A stretch of DNA of 64,000 nt from Haplodiscus bocki (taxonomy: Eukaryota), in contig OZ296650.1 of assembly GCA_965655095.1 (NCBI GenBank), positions 134,168,001 through 134,232,000 of the forward strand, given 5' to 3'. Shown one piece after another: positions 12,362 to 24,600 of this stretch. The notes below the pieces were generated by a model. It had not been told where the DNA came from and ran no database searches. It saw only the letters and a program-made list of their open reading frames with translations. A program made the position numbers and the translations under genes. Positions within the stretch are counted from its first letter, which is position 1, and the number at the start of each line of letters is the position of its first letter.

Positions 12362-15300
12362 TCAGTTTGTTCCGCCATATACAGACGTTTTCACAAGGCA
12401 TTCGCACCGCAACGACCCCTCTACGTTAGTACAACGATACAAATCAATTAACACGTCGCATTCGCTCAGATAGTCAGCAAGTTTCAGTTGCACAACGTTT
12501 CTTTTTCTGCGAGACATCGCTTTCTGCCAGGCCACTTCGAATGAAGACAAAGAATTTCCGGTTACATCAGCGAAGCCATGCACATAAGCAATTACTGTCC
12601 AGGGACGACGAGGTATGGGCTTTGTAAACTCACTTCCGCGCCCGGAATTGTGTTCATGAACACGCCGACGAAGATTTTTGCAGCGACCGACGTAAAACAA
12701 ATGAGGCAACTTCAAAGTCCTCAGCAAATAGCAGAAACTAAACGAAGTGTTAGGTATTTCGCTAAACCGCAAAGGAAACGGGCTTAATGTTTCTACAGAG
12801 CTCAGATTGCTTCTCATATCAGTGTAACTGTCCAGTAGGCTATTGATGAAAGGAAACGGATGGTTTTCCTTGAATAAAGTGTTGTCAATGCTTCTCATCG
12901 TGGCTAATCTGTCGCCCACGAAAGTAATATGGCTGAGATCTCTGACACGACTAAGGAGGACGTACAGTTGTTCTTTGACCCAAAACTTGAACTTTCGGGA
13001 ATCGGTTATTTCAGTTGCAATCATCGGGACAGTATCACCCATCACTTTGTGAACAGTAGACGCCACGTACATTTTTAAAGGAAACTGCCATCGCCGGCAA
13101 ACTGTGGAGGCGTTCAGCTTGAACAGGACACCCATTTGTCTCCTCAGTTTAACTTCTTGCCAATTCAATGAACTAACATTTGTAACTAGAGTAGATCTGA
13201 AACCTGGAGGATAGTGCCGCAGTATGTGTCAAAACTTTTTACAAAGCAAAGTTGTCCTTGCTGCAAATTTTCAGCTGGCAAATTACGGTTTAAGCGAAGC
13301 ACGGCACCTTCATGGACAAATAGTTGCTGGGGCTCCGTGCAAACACGGTTCAAGAAAAGAGAAGCTGTCACGTTAGCTGGAACCCAATTTTGAGTTCCAG
13401 AGGGAGTCATTTCGTCAACGGCAATGAAAGTTGTGTTCGAAACATTGCCACTACTTCGCACAGCCTCTATTCGTTCGTCAATTGCCTCCCGTTCAGCTAA
13501 CTGAGTGCTAAAAACTCGTAAACAATACATGGGAACTTCAGACCATGACCTCACAAAATTACAGTTCTGCTCAATTATTGTTAACACTTCATTTCGGATA
13601 GTTTCAGTGGACGGATACTGGGCAATTAGGTCGAGGATTCTTTGTCCGGTTATGTTGATCATTCGCACATACGATTTTAGGTGATAAAAAGTGAAACACG
13701 TCAACACGGTGTTACTGCGGAGTAAGAAAGTACCGGAAGGAGGTGGTAACTGACGGAAATCTCCACTACAAAACCAAAAATTTCCCACCAAAAGGAAGAC
13801 TGTTCCCACAAACACATTGCAATACAGAATCCATGGAAGACCACAATTCGGCTGAAACCATTGACACCTCTTCTATGAAAATAACATGAACTCTTTGTAA
13901 ATACTTGCATTTAACTGGATCCCTGCACAATTTTTCTAGGGGGCATATGAAGTCATCTGGGAAACCGATGCATTATCATTTACGGGAAACGGAATGAGAG
14001 CATTTATGTGCAAACCACCAAAAATTGAAGCCCTCTCAGCCGCCAGACTGGTAACCACACAATTGAAACCTTTTGCTAGGGTTTCAGCTATACAGTGAAT
14101 CAGAACATGACTTTTACCGGTTCCAGGTGGCCCAACAATCACTTGGTGCTTCACAAAAAATGAGGTACTCTTGTGAAATGTATTCATTGTCTCCAGAATC
14201 AACTGCAGTATTCGACGTTGATCGGACACAGATTCAATTGTCTGAAGTGTTTCTTGGTATTTTTGAGGCTGCCAATTCAAAGGACTGCTCAGAGAAGCCG
14301 ACATGAATTCATTGAAGGAAGGGAAAGTTGTCGGGCTTTTCTCCATTAAGGCTGCTACTAAGTTACTCTTCACTCTATTGCTTTCTTCTAAAACATGTTC
14401 CTCTGCTTTCTGGAAAATTGAGGACTCCAGAACAAGGGGTAAATCTTTGCAAAAGGTTAGAAGATTGTTTTGTGTAGCTTCCTTTAAACAGTGATACGCC
14501 GTTCCAACATGCCTGCCAAGAGGGTTGACGAACCGGGGTAAAACCGCAGTTGCTCCATCACAAAACGCTTAGTCAATGAAACAACTTCCTCATCGGTGGC
14601 TTCTTCAGTTGACGAAATCAGACCACTGTAGACGAATGCAGACTTCAAGGACAAATGGGAAAACAAACCAATTTCAGTGCAATACTCACCAAAGGAGAGA
14701 AGATAATGATTGAGAAAGTTTGATGTACTTTTAGGCACAATTGTTGATAAAACAACTTGCACTAGTGGAAAACTCATACTCTCGTTTATGAAGTGGGACT
14801 TGTTTGGTTTTCGTAAACATTCAAGTGCTTCCCTTGCTTGCCGGACATAATGACTGTTGTTGCTTTGGAAATTCTCACAGTAACTGATTAACGCTGTTAA
14901 ATAATGCATGTTGACTGTAACTTTGAAACCAAAACCGTCAATCCAAAACGAACAGAAAATATCTGGTTTTATCATCGTTTCAATGGACGCAGTTGGTGAC
15001 ACCTTGGTGCGGACGAACCAAGTGAAATATTTCTCTACAGTACGCAGGAACAACATTTCTGGAGGTCGTGCAGAAAAAACTGTTATTTTGTCATAAGACA
15101 CAGAACTTTTCTCAGCATCAACAATGGTCCATTCTTGTGTCTGTGTGAAAAGTCTATGAGAAGGGAGCTCAAGGTTTTTTCGCAGAAGAACTTGCTGACC
15201 ATACAAAGGACCCTGCTTAGCAGGACGTATCATCCGTTCTTTCACAATACCAGCTCTTTTCTCTTTGGGAGTTGTCACTACGTGAATGAAGTGAATGTTT

Positions 15301-18300
15301 GAACAAACATAAGGAAACTTCAGAAGCCAACACGCCGACTCTGTCAAGCTGATAGCCCTTCCAGTCAAAGTTTTACGCTTCTGGCAAGAGCTTTGGTTCT
15401 TTGACCAGCGAACTCCGCTTATTTTTTCGTTTGACTGATCCTCAACGTTGTAGCCAAAAGTTGCATCAGTGGAACTACTGTAAAGGTTTACGGTACTTCG
15501 TTCTTCTATTCCCGCAGCGTACTTGGCCAAATACCTTGCACTCATATAGACGTCACAAATCTGTAAATTTGTACTTGACCGAACCAAAGCGAAAATTAGG
15601 GCGTTTGTTGGCGAAAAATGGGTACCTTTCTCTGACGGATAATGATGTTTACCACCACGTAGCTCATCAATGAGAAACAACTGACCGGTCACGGAATCTT
15701 CAAACGCAACATTCAGTTTTCGTAGAATATCCCATGTCTCTTTGGATAAATTTTTCTCGACTTCCTTGTAGGAAAAAGCGACACTGCTTGGATAAGCTGG
15801 AACTCTGCAAATTGACTTTTGTAATCTGTTCGATTTCTTGTGGCAACGCATTTTTGCTTTCCTGCAATTATGACTTTGGTATTTTTGAAACAAGATCTGC
15901 AAATCTTCTTTCTCCTCCGGTGAAAATTTTTCCGATCCCACTTCCGCGTTCAGATTACCTAAGAACGTTGGTAAGCTACAACAAACTCTCGATCGAACTT
16001 TTTCGCTGAAAGCATTTTCTGAAGTCCAGATAAGAGCATGGATATGTGGGAAGGCACTTGTTTTATCTTGAAATTCATAACGATACCACAACTTCCGTAC
16101 TCTGCCTAACGGACGTTCCGTAGAAGTTTCGATGTACTTCATCACGAGTCGGGAACTGCGTTCCCACGCTCGTAGCATTGTTATCATTTCAGCTTGAACC
16201 GCAGAATTTCGAATCTCCGAGCTGGTTATTGTTTCAGGGTATTTCTCTTCCAAAGCTTGAAAAAACTTCCGTACTCCAGGATGAGTAGACTGACTGCAAG
16301 TGTAAGTGAAAAAATAGGTTGCAGGTTCATCCTTCAATGCACACTAAGTTCATTGACATTTTTTCTTGAATCACTCTGATCGAAGTGCATAGCTCCTTCT
16401 TTGACGCATTGGCCACTTACGTTTTTGTCAGAATCTTGTCCCCAGCCTCTGTTCAACACCAATCTAGTGTCTTTTCCGCGCAAATCTAAACTAAAAACCG
16501 AATCAAAAGCGTACTGTATGTATCTGGGATCGGATGCCGTTAACAGAGATCCATCTTTGACTCTTGCACGCAGCATATCATCTAAGCTTGCAAAACCAAA
16601 TTTGGCATTGTTATTCTTGTTGTTAAACAACGAAGCAGGTATAGCACCTGCGTAACTGCCGTCCTCATTCTGTTTCCAAAAAATAGTTGGGAACATCATC
16701 GCCTCTGGTTGAATTAGTGGTACCGAATTACACGGTTTGGTAGCTGTAACAATCTCCAACACTCTTTTGTGTCTTGCAGTCACGTAAATGGGAGACCCTC
16801 TACTACGTTTCAGAAGGCCACACTGACCATTCAAAAGAATATGCAGAGGTAAATTGAAATTGGTGTCCGTCATTACAGGTTCCCTGACATAGCTTGGTTC
16901 CAGTGCAGCATCCGTTACCTCCGGTAATGTCAATTCCGAAGAGTCTGTGTGTTCATTCAACAATCCTGCATCCATTAGGAAATCACTTTGAGAAGTTGAC
17001 GATGAAGAGACAGAGTTGCTCCACACACCTCCATCTGAAAGATTTTCCTCGCTGACACTCCTGCCGTAGCTACTGTCACCACTGATGCTCCTTGCAGCTT
17101 TGTCTCCATCGTTCTCAGACTTCGGCTCAGATTGGTTGTAACAGACAGAAGCGATGTCTTCTGAAGACGATGTGAACGGCAACTTATCTGTTCGCCTCAC
17201 ATTCGGAACATCCGCAAGATTGTCTTGCTGCATTACGTCTTTCCGACAAAGACAAGAGGTGCACTCGTTAACTGGACATCGGAGAAACGAAACCCGACTA
17301 CATTCACAGTAATAACCGCTTCCAGGAAAATCTCTGGTTAAAGGCAGCAAATGTTCCTCACAAAAAAACTTCCCTTGTCCAGTGAGTGTTTGGAAATAAT
17401 CAAGTTTCAATTGTTTGATGGTTTGCGTTTGCACAAGGTAATAAATTGCGACATCCCAATGACCTTTATTGTGATGGTCGACGGCCTCCAACGGTGGAAG
17501 GTTAACACGACTAGCAAACGGTCTCTTGTTCTCGTAAAGCCAAAATTTATCAAAAGAACCTCCATGCCTCACAAGCGATTTCCTGCTAATGTTATCTGTC
17601 AACGTCGAAATGCACCTCAACTCGTAGTCTCTATCGTCAACAGTTATGGTTATGGGTGGGCAACTTTTATTGCGCAAATTTTTTCGTGCTGGGTTTGTAA
17701 CAATAACAGTTTGGGTCGAGCTTTGAAGTGAACTCTCAAAAGCAACAACCATTTTCGACTTGTCCTTCAAGGGACAATGTGAAACTTCATCTAAAGCTGA
17801 TGTCAAAGTTTCCGAAAACATTACCGCGGGAAACTCACTGTGTGAATTGACTTCAAAAATTTTGGAAATTCGGCCGTTAAATTGACGCTACCAGTCCAAT
17901 CCTTCCGACCAGAAAAAACAACAGGTTCCGAAAATTTCAAAATGGGAACAAGATTGGGAGTGGACATACAAGCTGACGACAATTGATCGCAAAGAGGTGG
18001 AGAGATGCAAAACGCTGTCTGTAAAAGAAACATCAGTTCAGAAGTTCTACAACTGATCTTAGGAGGAAGGGCGCCAAAGAAATTGTTACCATGGGCGAAA
18101 GCCAAGGATTTGAATTTAGCGCAAAGAGAGTTCTCCAGAGACACACCCAATGATGACATCAGAGATAAAGAGGACTTCAAAGAGACACTTGTTGTGGAGA
18201 GCAAAGATTGCACAGCTAATCTCTCGTTGGGACGAAACAAAGTCTGCTGTCGAATTTCTTCAGATATTTCCTTGGAATCAACCAAGTTTTGTAGTAACAC

Positions 18301-20525
18301 TTGTAGATCTGGTCTGAAAAAAGAACACTGCGCCTCCGCTTTAACCAACAACTCCGACGCGCGCATCCAATTTCGCTTGGACGTTAAGGATATACTGCTC
18401 ATTCCAGAATAGTTACCAACAGCCTTGAGCAATTGGTATGTATGGCTCGAATAATTAGCCTTGACGTTTTTTATGAGGCGCAAAGTTGGCATAATTAAAG
18501 CTAACCTGTCTTCACAAGGCACGCTCAATCTTCCCAGTTGGGGATGTGTAGGTGGATGTAAAAACTGCAAATTTGAACCATTGTGGTGATCAAGACAAGT
18601 GCCAATAACAGGACCCTTGGAACAGTGAACGAAAGCGAAAGCGGAAACTTTGAATTTCTCCAGCACATTGAAGGGGGTGCTCCAATCAGATCTTATTCCA
18701 CGAAAATGAGAGTTAAATGACGACTTAAAGGACACGAAACTCGGCATCAGTCCATTGATGAGATGATGAAACGGAATGAAGCCAGTTTCCTCAACGAAAG
18801 TGAAACAACCGAAGGGATATCGACATTTGGGATAGGTTTCTTGATCCAGTGCTTTTTCCAACCGTTCAGAAGATCCCGAATTAACATGAGCATCGAAAAT
18901 TGACTTTCTCTGTGTTGTGTCGGACACCAACGAAGGAACATTTTGTTCACGTACGGCTGGATGTAGATGATTGAAACGATGCTTCCAACTTTGCCTGATC
19001 TCCGAAGGAATCATTGCATACAGAATTTTTACCTCATCATCCAAAATTGAAGTGTCATGAATGAGGCTACTTAAAACGGTGGGCCAAGCGTCTTTCCAAG
19101 CGACTCTGCTGCCCTGCAAATACCGTAGACAAACTTGGCAAACTTTTTGACCAACACGACATTTGCGCCCAAATTTTTTCCTCCGCCCGCTAACATTTTC
19201 CAAAACAAAGAAAAACAATTCGTAATACTTCGTCGATCTTCGCAAACAGTTGGCACATTCTAGGTGCCCAACAACAATCTGTGAATCACTATGAGAAGTG
19301 GTGTCGGAAAAAGCAACCGCTTCACAAGAGTCTACTGTGACTTCTGCTGAATCATTGTGTTGTGGTGAATTCTGCCGAAAAGTGGTCGTTGCAACAAATG
19401 AGGGAATGAAGTTAGATAACGCTGGCAGCGGTAAAGTTTCGAAATGTGCAGACGAGCTCCTGTTGTGTTTTTCCACTTCATGATTACTCAAATTTTGCCT
19501 TTTTGCAAAACTTGAAATTACGTCGAAATGATTTCCTGAAATACTGTGACGAACAAAAATCGACGGAATATCCAAAGCATTTCGGTCACCTTGATACTCA
19601 TAAACAAACCACGAAGAGGTCATACTGTGATAAACCACAACATCAACTCGAGCCAGCTGTGCAAATGTGAAAAGTTCAACGCACGTTCCAAATACACCAT
19701 CCGTACCCATGCGAGACACTTCCAAATAACTGATGACATTTCGACAGGAAATTGCTCTGACACCTGGCCCTCCAGGAACATAAGCTTCCAAAAATTGGCT
19801 TTGTAAGCCAACACTGGGTAAATGGTAGCAAATAGCAGCCCGTATGAAAGCATGGTTTGTTGCATGCGAACCGATAGCTACAGAAAGTGCAAAAAAAGGC
19901 AATTTCCGTCTCCTGGAACATCAACACAACTTCCAGGAACCAAATCTGACAATGGATGCTCATCAATCAAACTCGTTGGGAGAAACAAACCTTGAAAACT
20001 GACTCCCAGCTTATTGCAAACATGCTGTAGACTATGCTGACTTCCAATGATTTTTCTACCCTTCGAAATTACCGAATACAAATTTGCTTCCAACAATGGA
20101 TCAGCATCTGATGACAGCGGAGTTAATGTAACATTCGAAATATTCGCCAATTTTGGACTTTTCAAACACTTGCATTCCCCTTTCCCTTTGAAACAACCGC
20201 ACCACACACACTGCTCAGTCACATTGTGACGTCGCCTCTTCGTACCTGGGCCAGGATTCAATTCCAATCCTCCACGAAAAAGAGCTAACACAATAAGACG
20301 TCTAGTTAAGCTTGAATCGTTGCCACCACAAAATTGAAGCTGTCCTTGAACGCAACACGCCGATTGACCATTCCGGTAATTTCGTTTCTCAATGCAGAAA
20401 CCACCGAATAACGACACCGTGTAATTATGTGTCTGAGACAACGTTTGCAAACTTTTTTCACTTGAGAAAATTGATGTTGAACACCAAAAAAACAAAAGCA
20501 TTGTTAAACAACCGTAAAAATCCAT
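12362..20525 (-). pseudogene. Frameshifted OTU-Rep-PIF1 helicase-GIY-YIG polyprotein of element B
   Basis: Seven ORF pieces colinear with the intact C protein: PGDGNC (OTU), YFFTYTC, WYRYEFQDKTSAFPHIH, RYLAKY, GPPGTGKS, FIEEVSM (alternative frame near 13870), GDFRQLPP, QLYVLLSRV, CYLL...FYVG...RRVHEHN...RRPW...FEVAWQ. Confidence 0.9.
20247..20270 (-). other. 2A-like ribosome-skipping motif GLELNPG/P
   Basis: LIVLALFRGGLELNPGP; the ExNPGP core is in the same position as in element A. Confidence 0.7.
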
Positions 20526-21009
20526 TGAAATCTACAAAATAATCCAATTGGAAAAGGGATTAGAACAACATATCCAATGATCATTCGCAAATCGGAATAA
20601 GCAATAGCGCTTCTGGGCTGCAAAATCAATACAAAACTTTACACATTTAAATGAACAATGTTAGTAATGTTTTTGAGAAAACAAAGTTTACTAGCATGTT
20701 CATCATATGTCACGTCACAGCATTCAGCATCCGCGACTTAAATACACATCAGAAAGCCGAGAACATTGCAATGGCATTCGCATGCTACCTTCAAAACCTA
20801 CTTTTGATCACACTTTGTAGAAAAAATAAAATTTTGTCAACACGCACAACATGTTTGCATAAGTTTTTAATCCACTAACTTTATAAATGTGTCCGATCCA
20901 AAAAGCTTTCAAAAAAGTCGAGAAAAACTTTTTAACAGTCTGTAGACCGTTGTTTAGTATCTTTTAACTAAAAATACAAAAAAAAAATCAGCTAAAATTT
21001 TTTTTTGGA

Positions 21010-21618
21010 AATGTCGTCATGACCGTCATTTTTTCGTTTTAATCGTCATTTTTTCGTCATTCTAAACCGAAAAATTTTGTCGTCGAGACAAGTTCTTGCA
21101 ATTGGTAGAGGTTGTTCCGCTGTCCGGCAGCCCTAGATGTCAATGCTGATATTTCGACAAAGGAGAAATGACGGATTGATCATTTTTTTGAAATTTCTAC
21201 TGCTTTCATCCGTCATATCTCCACTTTTATGACGAGTTGGCGGAAAATTTTTTGCATGCGGATAACTCACAGTCAACATGCTTCACACACACAAAGCTAG
21301 CCCAATGCGTATGGTTAGTTGTGGAGATTGGGCCAAAAAACTTCGGTAAGGAGCCAAAAATGACGATCATTCCGTCATAACTCCTCCCCCAATGAATCAA
21401 TCATGACGGGACCTACATCAAAATTCTTATATTTGAAAGTTATGGCCACATACAAAGTTTGACCAAAATCTAATGGTTGGAACGCGAGATCGCCTTATTT
21501 AGCCCCCCCCACGGACGGATACTATTTGCTACGCACTATATTTTAAGCTCGGCGAACGGGTCCCTTCCCGGCCTCGCAGATTGTTAAAGGGGTATCACCC
21601 TGACCCCCCAGTGGAGGC
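21010..21618 (+). repeat. Type 1 terminal module of element B
   Basis: Nearly identical by eye to the right ~600 bp of the following mini-units, especially ~24200-24779. Confidence 0.9.
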
Positions 21619-24600
21619 TAGGGTACCAATTACCAGAGGAGGCTTAACTGTAGGTACATATTTGCGTGAATAAAAACTGTTCAAGTTAAAGAAATTTTGA
21701 TCTATGGGTAATGACGTTTACATTTTTGCTATTGAGTCTCCTACTGTTTTGTGTTCCACTCAGCAAAGGAGACAACTGCACCCCAAATGCTTTTATTGTG
21801 GTCCGAGCCCGTTGTTCATCCGATTAGCTACTCGCTAATCTCCGGAACAACGGGAAAAATCAATGTTCAGAAGAAATTCCGTTTTTGAAGAAAGCTGTGG
21901 TTCACAAAAAAAATCATCTCCATTGAGTTATAAAACTGGTTAGAAAACCAGAAAACACTTGTTTACAGCGACTGCATTCATTTTTGTTGTATTCTACTTG
22001 CTAAAACACACTTTTTGGGGAAGTTTCTTTTTTTTTTGAAAAACTCGTCATAACCGTCATTTTTTTGTCATAAAAGTCATTTTTTCGTCATAACCGTCAT
22101 TTTTTCCGTCATTCTGAGCGAAAAAAAATTGTCGTCGAGAAAAATTCTTACAATCGGTGTGAATTGTTCCGCTGTCCGGCCGCCCCAGATGTCAATGTTG
22201 ATACTTCGAAAAAGGAGAAATGACGGAATGATCAATTTTTTTTCAAATTTTCTATCAGTTTCATCCGTCATATCTCCACTTTTATGACGAGTTGGCGGAA
22301 AATTTTTTGCATGCTCATAATCCACACCCGAAATGCTTAACACACAAAAAGCTAGCCCAATGCGTATGGTTACTTGTGGAGATTGGGCCAAAAAACTTCG
22401 GTAAGGGGCCAAAAATGACGATCATTCCGTCATAACTCCTCCCCCAATGAATCAATCATGACGGGACCTAAATCAAAATTCTAAGAATTAAAAGTTATGG
22501 CCACATGCAAAGTTTGAACAAAATCTATTGGTTGGAACGCGAGATCGCCCTATTTAGCCCCCCCCCTACGGACGGATACTATTTGCTACGCACTATATTT
22601 TAAGCTCGGCGAACGGGTCCCTTCCCGGCCTCGCAGATTGTTAGTGGGGTACCACCCTGACCACCCAGTGGAGGCGAGGGTACCAATTACCAGAGGAGGC
22701 CTAACTGTAGGTAGACATTTCCTTGAATACATTTTGTTCAAGTTAAATTATTTTTTGATCTACGAGTATTGATGTCTACATGTTTGCTATTGAGTCTTCT
22801 ACTGTTTTGTGTTCCCCTCAGCAAAGAAAATTACATGACTCCAAATGTTATTATGGTGGTCTGAGCCCGTTGTTCATCCGATTAGCTACTCGCTAATCTC
22901 CGGAACAACGGGAAAAATCAATGTTTAAAAGAAATTCCGTTTTTGAAAAAAGCTGTGGTTCACAAAAAAAATTCATCTCCATTGAGTTATAAAACTGGTT
23001 AGAAAACCAAAAAACACTTATTTACAGCGACTGCAAATATTTTTGTTGTATTTTACTTGCTAAAACACACTTTTTGGGGAAGTTTCATTTTTTTGAAAAA
23101 CTCGTCATAACCTTCATTTTTTTGTCATAAAAGTCATTTTTTCGTCATAACCGTCATTTTTTTGGTCATTCTGAACTAAAAATTTTTGTCATGGAGAAAA
23201 ATTCTTTCAATTGGTGTAAGTTGTTGCGCTGTCGGGCAGCGCTAGAGGTCAATGTTGAAACTTCGACAAAGGAGAAATGACGGAATGATCATTTTTTTCA
23301 AATTTTCCATCAATTTCATCCGTCATATCTCCACTTCTATGACCAGTTGGCAGAACATTTTTTGCATGCGGATAACCCACACTCGAAATGCTTCACACAC
23401 AAAAAGCTAGCCCAATGCATGTGGTTACTTGTGGAGATTGGGCCAAAAAACTTCGGTAAGGGGCCAAAAATGACGATCATTCCGTCATAACTCCTCCCCC
23501 AATGAATCAATCATGACGGGACCTACATCAAAATTCTTAGAATTAAAAGTTATGGCCACATACAAAGTTTGAACAAAATCTAATGGTTGGAACGCGAGAT
23601 CGCCTTATTTAGCCCCCCCTACGGACGGATACTATTTGCTACGCACTATATTTTAAGCTCGGCGAACGGGTCCCTTCCCGGCCTCGCAGATTGTTAGTGG
23701 GGTATCACCCTGACCACCCAGTGGAGGCTAGGGTACCAATTACCAGAGGAGGCTTAACTGTAGGTACATATTTGCGTGAATAAAAACTGTTCAAGTTAAA
23801 GAAATTGTTCTATGGGTAATGACGTTTACATTTTTGCTATTGAGTCTCCTACTGTTTTGTGTTCCACTCAGCAAAGGAGACCACTGCACCCCAATTGCTT
23901 TTCTTGTGGTCCGAGCCCGTTGTGCTTCCGATCAGCCACCCGCTGACCTCCCGAACAACGGGAAATTTCAATGTTTAAAAGAAATTCCGTTTTTGAAAAA
24001 AGCTGTTTTTCACAAAAAGAAACCTTTTCCACTGAGTTATAAAAGTGGTTAGAAAATTGAGAAACCTTTCTTTACATTGACTGTAACTTTTTTATTGTAT
24101 TCTACACGCTGAAACGTAAATTTTGATGAATTTTCTTTTTTTTTTGAAAATTTCGTCATAACCGTCATTTATTTCGTTATAACGGTCATTTATTCGTCAT
24201 AACCGTCATTTTTTCCGTCATTCTAAACAGAAAATTTTTGTCGTCGAGACAAGTTCTTGCAATTGGTAGAGGTTGTTCCGCTGTCCGGCAGCCCTAGATG
24301 TCAATGCTGATATTTCGACAAAGGAGAAATGACGGATTGATCATTTTTTTGAAATTTCTACTGCTTTCATCCGTCATATCTCCACTTTTATGACGAGTTG
24401 GCGGAAAATTTTTTGCATGCGGATAACTCACAGTCAACATGCTTCACACACACAAAGCTAGCCCAATGCGTATGGTTAGTTGTGGAGATTGGGCCAAAAA
24501 ACTTCGGTAAGGAGCCAAAAATGACGATCATTCCGTCATAACTCCTCCCCCAATGAATCAATCATGACGGGACCTACATCAAAATTCTTAGAATTAAAAG

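Larger units (their letters stand above)
8289..21618 (-). mobile_element. Helitron-like element B, complete core-to-core (13,330 bp), polyprotein pseudogenised
   Basis: Bounded by cores at 8272-8288 and 21602-21618. It starts with a type-1-like left end (TAGGGTAACAACTACCAGTGGAGGC), ends in a type 1 terminal module, and carries three minus-strand genes. Confidence 0.85.

Noticed and set aside
12362-20525. Programmed frameshifting or separate genes in A and B
   Set aside because: Breakpoints differ between A and B, some fall inside conserved domains (for example W to stop next to Rep motif II in A), and C is uninterrupted. This indicates decay, or possibly some indel errors in B.
8289-21618. 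Terminal inverted repeats or target-site duplications of a cut-and-paste transposon or Polinton
   Set aside because: No TIRs, DDE transposase, protein-primed polymerase or capsid genes were recognised, and the junction sequence is a fixed core, not a variable TSD.
22645-22720. 5S rRNA or other tandem RNA gene (TACCACCCTGA resembles the 5S 5' region)
   Set aside because: The similarity is limited to ~11 nt, with no matching downstream 5S sequence, and it is not kept in type 2 units. No tRNA or snRNA was recognised by eye.
23819-24052. 77-aa signal-peptide-like ORF in mini-units 3 and 4
   Set aside because: It is interrupted by stops or lacks the start in the other type 1 units and is absent from type 2, so it is likely a chance ORF.
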